The notes beneath the pieces were generated by a model. That model searched no databases and was not told the DNA's origin. It saw only the letters and a program-made list of their open reading frames with translations. A DNA stretch of 64,000 bases from a virus. The translations under genes and the position numbers were made by a program. Where the stretch lies: the IMG/VR virus record IMGVR_UViG_3300032235_000428, positions 1 to 64,000 of that record; one strand, given 5' to 3'. Shown piece after piece: positions 28,929 through 38,900 of the stretch (position 1 is its first letter; each line of letters begins with the position of its first letter).

Positions 28929-29162
28929 TTACCAGTCAGGATATTCCCACTTAAAAACTAAAGGATGCATTTTTCTTGATTTTGCAATTCTTTTTACAGT
29001 ACACTCCTTACATTCATACGAATATGATGATGATACTGGACCTCTATCTTTACGAGTTTGATAGAAACAATCTATTAAATTTTTGATTTCACCACAAACT
29101 CTACATCTCCTATCTACTAGTAATAAATGCCCATATCTTATCTGGTTATCTAAATCCATCAT
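28929..29162 (-). CDS. Small CxxC...CxxC zinc-finger protein
   Basis: CRVC...YECKEC...WEYPDW; ATG at 29162 overlaps the gp17 TGA. Confidence 0.7.
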   Translation of the reverse strand: MMDLDNQIRYGHLLLVDRRCRVCGEIKNLIDCFYQTRKDRGPVSSSYSYECKECTVKRIAKSRKMHPLVFKWEYPDW

Positions 29163-30805
29163 TGGTAGTTCCACATATATGACATATCCCCATACTCATC
29201 GGTATACCACCTATCTCCACTATTATCCACAAATGATGATTGATCATTTACACCATCAACAATAAATCCAAAAGGTGCCATATCTTGAAGGATCTCATTT
29301 TCCTTTTCTTCATATAACTTTTTTCTCACATCTTGATCGGTCAGTTCTTTAAAATAATCTTGTACAACTAACCAAGCATAAATTACAAGACACATTGCTA
29401 AATCATCATTACACCCATCTTCAGCTTCAAATGAATTTGATTTTTGAATGAATGTAGTTAATTCACTGATGATATCATAATCATTAAAAATTAATTTATC
29501 CTCTTCGATCATCGCTTTTAAATTTAGACATCCAACTTTTTTAACAGTTTTAGACATCTTAACTCCAAGTTGGGTTTTCTTTCCAGAAAATCCTTGCCCA
29601 ACAATTTGTCCTGCTCTACCTCGCATAGAGCACATTAAAACATTTTGATACTCTAAGTCATAATGAAGAATTGATGCTACTTGATCACCAACATCATTAA
29701 CTTCACATAAAACATATGCATCATTATAACTTTTTGCTACCTCATGGACAATCCCAGGAAATATCATGGGTTTTATTTGATTGTCTCTATATTTTGCTAC
29801 AACTTTATGTGGAAATTGTGTAATATCTACAACTACAAAAGCAGAGTAATCATTTCCAACTCCTCTAGCTACGTCCACAGAAACTGTATAATTATGATCA
29901 TCTTTAACATCTTCAAACACATCTAATCCACCACTTCGTAGTCTAGGTGCTTCATAAACTAAATTACGAAGTTTATTTGGTGAAATTAATGTATCAACAG
30001 ATCCTAAAAATTCGCATTCAAATTCGACCTTAAACTGTTGTTCACTGGTGTTTGCAATAGTTTGCTCTTTCCATTTTTCATCTCTACCAGGAACTTCACT
30101 CCAATGAACTTCTGTTGGAATATATTCATTCTTTCTTCGTTCGGCATCATGCCAAATTTTGTAAAAATGATTCATCCCGTGAGGGGTAGAAACGATAATT
30201 ACTTTGGTATTCTTACCAGAAGAAATAGTAGGATAAACTGAACTGAAAAACTGATCAGCAATATGGTTGGGAATAAAAGCAAATTCGTCGAGGAAGATGA
30301 TGTTGTATGATCCACCACGAACTGCTGATGCTGATGTAGAAGCAGCAATAATTTTTGATCCATTTTCTAACTCTAAAGATGCTTTGTTCCATGTCATCAC
30401 CCCCTGCTGTAACCACTTTGGGAGGTTCTCGTAAGCGGTCTGGAGGCGGTCTAAGAGATCTTTTGCGGTAGATGCCTTGTTAGCAAGTATTGCGATGTTA
30501 ACGTTATCATTAAAAATTGCATAATGAAGAAGATATGAAACAACGATTGTAGATTTTCCAGACTGTCTCGGTAATTTACATACATTAAAACGATGGTTAT
30601 GAAACCTATCAATCATCAGTTCTTGAAACTTATATGGTTTAAATGGTTGTAAACCATAATCCAAAGTAACAATTTGGATATAATTTTTTGCAAAATAAAT
30701 TGGATCGTCTTGACAACGAGCAAATTCTATAATTTGGTCTTGAGTAAATTCAAGCGGAGTATTCGCTTTTTTTAGAAGCGGATTACCAAGATAATGATCG
30801 GCCAT
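29159..30805 (-). CDS. gp17: Terminase large subunit (gp17)
   Basis: YLGNPLLKKAN, PRQSGKST, IFLDEFAFIP, VSTPHG, VDVARG, DDLAM. Confidence 0.98.
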   Translation of the reverse strand: MADHYLGNPLLKKANTPLEFTQDQIIEFARCQDDPIYFAKNYIQIVTLDYGLQPFKPYKFQELMIDRFHNHRFNVCKLPRQSGKSTIVVSYLLHYAIFNDNVNIAILANKASTAKDLLDRLQTAYENLPKWLQQGVMTWNKASLELENGSKIIAASTSASAVRGGSYNIIFLDEFAFIPNHIADQFFSSVYPTISSGKNTKVIIVSTPHGMNHFYKIWHDAERRKNEYIPTEVHWSEVPGRDEKWKEQTIANTSEQQFKVEFECEFLGSVDTLISPNKLRNLVYEAPRLRSGGLDVFEDVKDDHNYTVSVDVARGVGNDYSAFVVVDITQFPHKVVAKYRDNQIKPMIFPGIVHEVAKSYNDAYVLCEVNDVGDQVASILHYDLEYQNVLMCSMRGRAGQIVGQGFSGKKTQLGVKMSKTVKKVGCLNLKAMIEEDKLIFNDYDIISELTTFIQKSNSFEAEDGCNDDLAMCLVIYAWLVVQDYFKELTDQDVRKKLYEEKENEILQDMAPFGFIVDGVNDQSSFVDNSGDRWYTDEYGDMSYMWNYQ

Positions 30806-30820
30806 AATAAAACCTATTTT

Positions 30821-32581
30821 TTAATTACAATTCCAACGTCTTAATGCTTTGTTTATTTTACTATCTGGATCTCTTGCAGTTTCTGAAGATGTATTTTTTG
30901 CTTTATGACCTTTCATTCTTTGGCAAAAAGACTTGCGACGATCAGCCCTTTTGCCCGTAGGCTTTTTTTCAGTTACTGCAGTTTGTAATTTTGAACCAGG
31001 ATTTTCTCGTCTGTAAGCATTTACTGCTTTTTGACTTAATCCATCAGTATTATCTTTACGATTTACTGACTGCCAATCCTCCTCTAATTGCTCACCAATA
31101 GTTTTATTATTTAATAGATAATTTTTTGATGGTGAATTTTGAACTTGAACAATAGGATCTCCACCAGGTCTCAAATCTGTTATTTGAGCATGTAGAACTT
31201 TTGCCTCAGGATAAACTTTTTGCAATTCATATTCAACTTCCTTTCTTGAAGGTACTTTTATTTGTGGGAAGAACATTCTTAATGAATAAGATCTACCTCT
31301 CCAAGTAAACATTATTATCATTAATTGTCCATTTTGTGATGGAATTCTGACTGCTTCTTCAATATCCTCTTTTTGTATCAATTGTTTAGCGAGATCATTT
31401 GCCCTTCTCTGCTGTCTACGATATAATTCTTGTCTTGCATCAGAACCTGCTTGTGCAGCATCTCGATCAGCAACTGTTTTTGCAGTTTTACGAATTTTAT
31501 TTGCTCTCTGGCGGTCTTTAGGATTTTGTGAATTGCTTAATCTATTTGCTTTGTTTAATGCCTTCTCTTCGCCAGTTTTTTTTACACCATCATTTAGTCT
31601 TCCAGAAGCACGACGAGTAAATTGAAGTTTTGCTTCATCAATTTGCTCTTCTTTTTTAAGTGGTTCTGGTTTAATAAGATCGATAAATTCAACAAATTTA
31701 TTACCAAACATATCTTCAATAGTTACACTTTCAGAGTTAACTGATTTCTTTTCAACTTTTTTAAGTTTAGTGTAGTAATCTGGAACTTCATCTAAGTGTT
31801 GTAATGCGGTAATTCTTGCTCCAGTTTTATCTGAAGTGTGTTCACCTTCTACTTTAATTCCAATCTTAAGTTGTTTTTGTATTGCTTGAAGTGAGACCCC
31901 ATGCTTTTTAGCAATTTCTTCTGGTGACTTATATGATTTAACTGGACCTTTTGGATCTCTTTCTTCTTTCATTGCACAGTCATCTTTACCGTGAACTGGG
32001 CAAGATTTTCCTTTTTTAGTATGATTACAACCCATTTCTTCGGCAACTGGTTTACCAATACCAACTTCTGTGGGTTTTTTCTTTTGACCATCTACTTTAA
32101 AACCGTTTGGTAAAGGTTTGCATACTTTATCGGTATTGCACCAATACATTCCTTTACCACATTTTTCTTCACCAATAATTTTTTGTACTAAAGATATTTC
32201 TTCTTTTTTTACTGTTGGTAATGATACCGATGCAGCCTTTGCTTTTTGTAATTTAACTGCCTTATCACCAAGTTGCTTTGCCGCATCTGGTGTTAGTGCC
32301 CCAGCTCCAGAAGATTTTTTGACTGCAAAACTAACTTGCTTTCCTTCATCAATACCTTCATCACTTTGAAGATATTCTGCTGCAGTATCAATATAATCTG
32401 CTGCTTTAGTGATTTTAGATTGAACCCAAGCAGGTAATTGTGTATCTCCTTTCTTTATAACTTTTCTCAATTTATTAATGGAACGCTCAATGGTATCCAT
32501 TTCATTACGAGCCATATATCCCTCATCATCTTTCTTCTTACCACTTGCAATCTCTTTGTGGTCTTCTGACAATCTCTTCAT
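30821..32581 (-). CDS. 586 aa basic modular late protein, probable internal head protein (DUF5661-like and DUF6321-like modules)
   Basis: LPAWVQSKITKAADY; GIKVEGEHT...IALQHLDEVPDYYTKL-type segment; RRKSFCQRMKG...KINKALRRWNC; own TATAAATA promoter. Confidence 0.65.
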   Translation of the reverse strand: MKRLSEDHKEIASGKKKDDEGYMARNEMDTIERSINKLRKVIKKGDTQLPAWVQSKITKAADYIDTAAEYLQSDEGIDEGKQVSFAVKKSSGAGALTPDAAKQLGDKAVKLQKAKAASVSLPTVKKEEISLVQKIIGEEKCGKGMYWCNTDKVCKPLPNGFKVDGQKKKPTEVGIGKPVAEEMGCNHTKKGKSCPVHGKDDCAMKEERDPKGPVKSYKSPEEIAKKHGVSLQAIQKQLKIGIKVEGEHTSDKTGARITALQHLDEVPDYYTKLKKVEKKSVNSESVTIEDMFGNKFVEFIDLIKPEPLKKEEQIDEAKLQFTRRASGRLNDGVKKTGEEKALNKANRLSNSQNPKDRQRANKIRKTAKTVADRDAAQAGSDARQELYRRQQRRANDLAKQLIQKEDIEEAVRIPSQNGQLMIIMFTWRGRSYSLRMFFPQIKVPSRKEVEYELQKVYPEAKVLHAQITDLRPGGDPIVQVQNSPSKNYLLNNKTIGEQLEEDWQSVNRKDNTDGLSQKAVNAYRRENPGSKLQTAVTEKKPTGKRADRRKSFCQRMKGHKAKNTSSETARDPDSKINKALRRWNCN

Positions 32582-32601
32582 TTCTTGATGATACTTTTTT
32601 T

Positions 32602-32609
32602 TATTTATA
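32602..32609 (-). promoter_or_regulatory. Late promoter TATAAATA
   Basis: Directly after a terminator T-tract. Confidence 0.8.
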
Positions 32610-32635
32610 AAAAAAGGGGAACTAGGTTCCCTTTT
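32609..32635 (-). terminator. Rho-independent terminator (possibly bidirectional) ending the fibre operon
   Basis: AAAA-GGGAAC-CTA-GTTCCC-CTTTTTTT. Confidence 0.8.
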
Positions 32636-32639
32636 ACTA

Positions 32640-32906
32640 TCATTTATTTTTTATAGTTTCTGGAATATCTTCCGAACTTGGTTCCTTTCCTGGAGTTGCA
32701 AATGTGATTGATCCAATTTTTACTTTGTTTTCAACACCTTTTAACTGAGATTCTAGAATTTCATTAAAATAATTCTCATCAATCGATCCATCTTCATTTT
32801 TTGGGATATTAACTAATTTAGTAAAAATGTCACCTTTTTCATTTTTAAAAGTTATTGTAACATGATCTTTATTAGTTAAATCACTTGGGACTTCATAAGT
32901 AATCAT
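32640..32906 (-). CDS. Small acidic protein coupled to the giant fibre (possible assembly factor)
   Basis: 88 aa; ATGA overlap with the fibre stop. Confidence 0.65.
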   Translation of the reverse strand: MITYEVPSDLTNKDHVTITFKNEKGDIFTKLVNIPKNEDGSIDENYFNEILESQLKGVENKVKIGSITFATPGKEPSSEDIPETIKNK

Positions 32907-35900
32907 TTTTTCTTTAACTCCTCAATCTCTTCTTTCAGACTATTTATCATGGTCTGTTGTTCTTTAATTGCCTCAATTAAAACTGCAGTGATGTTACCAT
33001 AAGCAACCGCTTTAGTTCCAAAATTATCAGAAACAACTTCTGGGACAACCTGTTCAATCTCTTGAGCAATAACACCAATTTGATGTTCATTGTCTCTGTC
33101 AATACGATCAAATTCAACACCACGCATCTTAGTTACTTTTTCAAGAGCATTTTCAATTGGTTTAATATTGGTCTTGAGTTTGATATCTGAGTTTGCAGTA
33201 ACTGTACCTGATGCTGTGAAGTTTCCTGTAATTGTCCTGTTACCAAAATGAGAAACTCTGAATACTTTCCACCCAGAAATATAAGAAACTGCTGAAGTTC
33301 CAGGAACCTGAGTTGTAGTATAATTAAACAGTGCCATTGGTGTCCAATACTTGGTCCCTGCTTTAAATTGTCCAGTTGCAGCACCAAATCCAGTAATATA
33401 ACCACTTACTTTAGTCCATGCAGTTCCTGGATTAGTATTTACCATTACCCAATATCCAAAAGATCCTGGATTTCCACCTAATGATGTAAATGCCTCATTA
33501 TAATCAATTGATCCCATATAATGCGTATTAGTACCTGTTACATTTTTGATGTAACATTCCATGTAATAAACATCATTTGTATCTACTGGAATATATGGGA
33601 AACCAGCACCATATTCACCACCAACACTAGGTTGACCAGTAATAGAAACTGCATATCCACCTGGAGCAGTTGAATCGTTGACCCAAGATACTCCAGCAAA
33701 ATTAAAGTAGTTTTGTAATTCTGCATTTGTCCAAGTTGGATCCAATTCAAATACTGCTTCACCCTGACTGTAATGACCTATTGGATATCTTTCTGCAGTA
33801 TCAACTCTTGCATTAGTTCTTGTTACTTGAGTTGTATCAACTTTAGCAGCAGCAAATCCACCAGAAGCATCTCTGGAAACAATAGTTGAGTTTGTGTTAG
33901 TTGTAGCAGCATTTAGACCATCGAGTAAATCAGCATCAAGACCAGAACCAGAACCATCATTACCATCATTCCACATTCTTCTCCATGATGAAAATGTTCC
34001 AGCACCACTCCAAACACCTCTCATAAAGGTTAGTGATGGATTACCCTCACCAACTACCATCTGCCAACCATAACGAGCAGTATTATTTGTGTAGTGGATT
34101 GACTGCACACCGTTCCAATGTGAAGTACCAGATGGTTGATTACCTGGATTACCCCATGTGTCAAAGAAACCAGAACCCCAATCAAATACGGTGTTTAGAT
34201 CAGTTGTTCCCCATCCTCTGGTGCCTGTCCAATAATTAGTATCTGTTGTATCTGAACTTCTTGGTCTTGAATTTTTGTAGGTTAATCCAATCTGCTGTTG
34301 GAAGTCGGCAACTCCCTTATATCTAATATAATCATCATTTGAACAATAGATACGATCAATATTTGTTGTATCTGCAATATCACCTGATGGTGTATTAATC
34401 CAACCTGCCTGTATATAACCATTAACATCAGTCCTTACAACTTTATTTGCTTCATTATTTCTACCAGTGTGTAATTCTAAACCATCAAGTAAATCAGCAT
34501 CAAGAGTAGAACCAGCACCATCATTACCAGAGTGCCAAATTGTTTCGCCACCCCAAGTAAGAGCACCAGTTCCAATTCTACCTAATTGAGTATTAGAAGA
34601 ATTACCGAAGGTAATAAATCCTCTATCACTATTTTGAACCCCCTGAACTCTAAAGGTATTTGCCGTATTAATATCTCCAACCCATACATCATCACCAATT
34701 CTTAAATTTGTACCATTACCATTGTTACCTGAAATTAATTGATCAACTGTTACTACATTTGCACTAAAGTTACCAGAAGCATCTCTTCTTACGATTCGGT
34801 TTGCAGTATTAGCAGTATCTGTTGAATATCCCTCAAGTAAAGATGCATTTAGATTTGAAACTTGAGTTGTTGAAGTTACTGTAAGTGGTGCAGTTCCTGT
34901 TGCTATAGTTGAAATTAACCTTGTTCCACTGACTGTTCCAGTTACTGATAAATTACTGGTACTATCCAGTGTCATTGCAACAGTTCCACCAGTACCAGCA
35001 CTATTTTCTGTATCAGTGTGTGTACCACCACGATGCCAAGAAAATCTACTGTCTGATCTAAAATAAGATGTACTATTTTGAACACCTAATCCATATCCTG
35101 TTGACCATAGATTTATCATTTGACGAGTTTGATTTCCAAATGCCAAAATGGTTGATGGAGATACGTTTAACTGACCAGTAAATGTTCCTCCAGTAGCACT
35201 GAGAATACCAACACTAACTTCACCACCTGCACCACGCTGAACTACATAATTTGCAGTATTTGCACTTGAAGCATTGATACCTATAGTAACTGCAGCAGAG
35301 TTATTATAAGAGGTCCCTGTTAATGGTGATGAAATAGTTAATGTATTACCTAAAGAACCACTTATAGTTGTTGCACTAATTGTACCAGCATTTAATTGTC
35401 CAGTAAATGTGGAAATACCAGCAACTGTTAATCTATTCAGTGTTGCTGTACCTGCAGTTTGATTGATATTATTTCCAGAACCACTAAATGTGGAAACACC
35501 AGAAACAGTTTCATTTGTAAGTGCTGCAGTACCACTATTTGTTATAGTTGTTCCTGATATTGCACCATAATTTAATTGTCCAGTAAATGTGGAAACACCA
35601 GCGACTGTTAATCTATTAAGTGCTGCAGTACCAGTAGTTTGATTAATGTTGTTTCCTGCACCTGTAAATGTAGAAATTCCACTTACAACAATATTAGTAT
35701 TAATTAAGTTGGGTAAAGTTTGTTGTGTTGTTGCCGATGCCGAAATAGTACCAACATTAATCGTATCACTAAATGTAGTTACTCCAGATACAGTTAGTGT
35801 TGTTGCAATTAATGTATTAGATACTGATACTCTAGCTAATGTTGAAATACCAGAAACACTAAAGTTTGATGCTGTTAATGTTCCAGCAACGTTTGCTGTT

Positions 35901-38900
35901 TGATAGTTTGCAACACCTACATTAACATCACTTAAGAATGTTGTAATGCCAGAGAACACTGCTCTATTGAATACTTGAGTTCCTGCTGTACAGTTAATAT
36001 TATTTCCAGAACCACTGAATGTTGTAACTCCAGAAACTGTTTCGTTTGTTGCAACAATAGTTCCCGCGTTTGTTAGACGAGAATTAGTTGCATTGGACAT
36101 TGTGATATTGGTTACATTAACTGTATCACTAAATGTAGATACTCCAGTTACTGTTAATCTATTAAGTGCTGCTGTACCAGCAGTTTGATTAATATTGTTT
36201 CCAGAACCACTGAATGTTGAAATACCACTGATTGTAGCATTGACTGAACCCAAATTAGTAACAGTTCCAAATCCACTAATTGATCCATGCGTTACTGCTA
36301 AACCAACTGCTCTAAAATATCCCCCAACAGTTAAAGTGAGATTTCCAGAAAGTGTTGGTGAAGTTACAAGATCATATGTGGTGCCATTTCCTTGAAGAAT
36401 TGAACCTGCTGGGGGAATAGCAGCAAGACCAGTACCACCTTTAGAAATTGGAATTGATGCAGTGAAATTTACTGGGTTTAGATAATATGATCCAGACTGT
36501 CCACCTAAAGATGCAGCATCAATATCACCTGTCGATGAGTTTTTAATTGATACTTCACCGTCACTTCCGATACTAAATGTTGAATTTTTAAATCTAGATA
36601 CACCTAAAGAGGTATAATCTTGTCCTACTACAGTTTTAACTCTTTGGATAGAAAGATTTACTTTACCAATATAAGTATTAACTCCAACTCCACCAGGAGC
36701 ACTTTCTGTGAATGATGCAGTTGCACTTAATGGTTCTGTAGTTCCAATGCCAACTCTGGTTACAACTTTATCAAATGTGGAATCTCCTCTTAAGAAGGTG
36801 TCTGAGTTTGCACTTCCAGATCCAAGTCTTGATGGTGAAATTGTACCACTAGTTATGTTTGCTGCGTCTACAGAAGATGTGGCAAGAACGCTCCAGTTAT
36901 CTAAAATACTAGACGATGTATTTACAGTTGAATTATATTGAACATTTTGTCTAGTAAATGTAACAGTTCCTGTTGCGGTTGATCCTAATCCTACTGGACT
37001 AAATGTAGATCCATTTAAAGAGGTAGTTGCGTCTGCTCTTGTTGCATGTAAAGTAAATCCGTTAGTAATAACTGAACCAACGAAATAAAATGCTCCAGTT
37101 GTTACTCCTACTGGAGTTGCCCCAGTAACTTTTACAGCATCTCCAGTAGAAAATCCATGCTTTTCAAATACAATAAAATCATCTGAGGTATTTACACCAA
37201 CTCTTGTTAAACTATGGGTTCCAGTTCCACTACCAGTAAGAGAAATTAAAGATGATAATCCATATGTGGTATAAAGTTCAACTGAACTTAAACCAACTCT
37301 CTTAACATAATAAGTATCACCTTGAGTTAAACCATCAATAACATTCCCGCCCGCAGAAGAATAAATTACTGGATCACCGTTTGTAAATGTTGAAACACCA
37401 ACAACAATTCTATTGTTTGTAAAATCTACACCACCACCAATGGAAATATCTGTTGGTGTGAAAGTTTTTTGATATTGAAGTTGTAAACTAGTACCTACAC
37501 CGACAGCATCTCTGTCTGCAATATAATCAGGTAAAGTTGATGACGCAACAAATTTTTGATTATTTGTTAATTTTAAATATAATCTAGTTTCTATTATATT
37601 AACTGTAGCAGTAAAGTTTGCTCCACCACTTCTACCACCAAGTAATGTTACATTATTAATTGTTAAAACATCCCCAGAAGTGTAATACCTTCCACCAAAA
37701 TTAACACTGATTGCAGTTACAGTTCCAGAAGCACCAACTGTAATGGCAGCTCTTGCACTAGTACCGATACCAGTAGTTCTATCAAGTACACAAGTATAAA
37801 TTCCTGGATTTGTGTATCCAGAACCACCAGAAGTTATTGAAACTGATAGTAATACACCTTTCACTAGTCCTGTAGTTCCATATCCAACAGCATTTGTGGG
37901 GGGTGTTGTAACAACTCCAATTGATCCACCAGCACTGTTTGTACCTGTTACTTGATCACCATTTAAGAAATTGTAGTTTCTAGTGGTGCTACTTAATAAT
38001 AAATATTGCCCATATAAATCATTAGTTAAAACATATCCACTTGCTGGTTCTAGAACAGTGTCACCACTTTGTAAGTTAACAGCAGGTATTCTATTAACTA
38101 AATCAGTTCTTCCACCCGAAACATTTGTTGTATAATAATTAACAACCTTTGGTGGAATTAAATCTGGGTTAATTTGTCCATTTGAATTTAGTTGAACAAT
38201 AGCACTTGGAACAGCATTTGTGGAAATTGACTTATCAATAAAACTCCCCAATCTATTATTTAAAAATGATCTGACTGCAAGTTGAGTTGAAACTCTCTTG
38301 TTTTGAGGACCACCTATTTCATTATCACCAAGTCCAATATCAGTTGAGAATTCTTCAACTGCAACACCACCAGAAAGACTTAATCTTAAAGAATCTAATT
38401 GACCAATTGTAACCTTATTGTTGAAAACAATGTTACCAGTTCTGTTGTATGCAGTAATAAAATTACCAATCTTAAAGTCACCCAATTCATTAGTTCCAGA
38501 ACAATAAACTCGTCCACCAAGCTCCGAAAGTTGTTCGGTAGATGTAATAGTTTTTCCTCCGTTTTCTGGTAACGCATTATAATCTATACCAGATCCAGAA
38601 AACTCCCATGTATGTGATGATGAGTTGATAATAGAAGGTCTGTGGAAGTGTAAATTATATGCTTCTGGTAAACCACCGACACCATTAATAACTGTATCTG
38701 GTATAGTTGCACCAACTTTACATTCAACTGTATAATAAGTATTAATACCAGCAACTCCAGTAACGGCAATAGATACTGGACTTCCGCTATGATCATTAAT
38801 TTTTAATGTAGATACATTATCTGTTACTCCAAATAATCTGGTAATACCACTAGATGATTCTACGGAAACAACTAATTCTCTCTTGGTAGAATTGTAAGTA

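Noticed and set aside
7251-30805. Inteins or group I introns in gp46, uvsW, gp20, gp17 or gp23
   Set aside because: Lengths are normal, motifs are contiguous and no intein splice-junction or homing-endonuclease motifs were seen.
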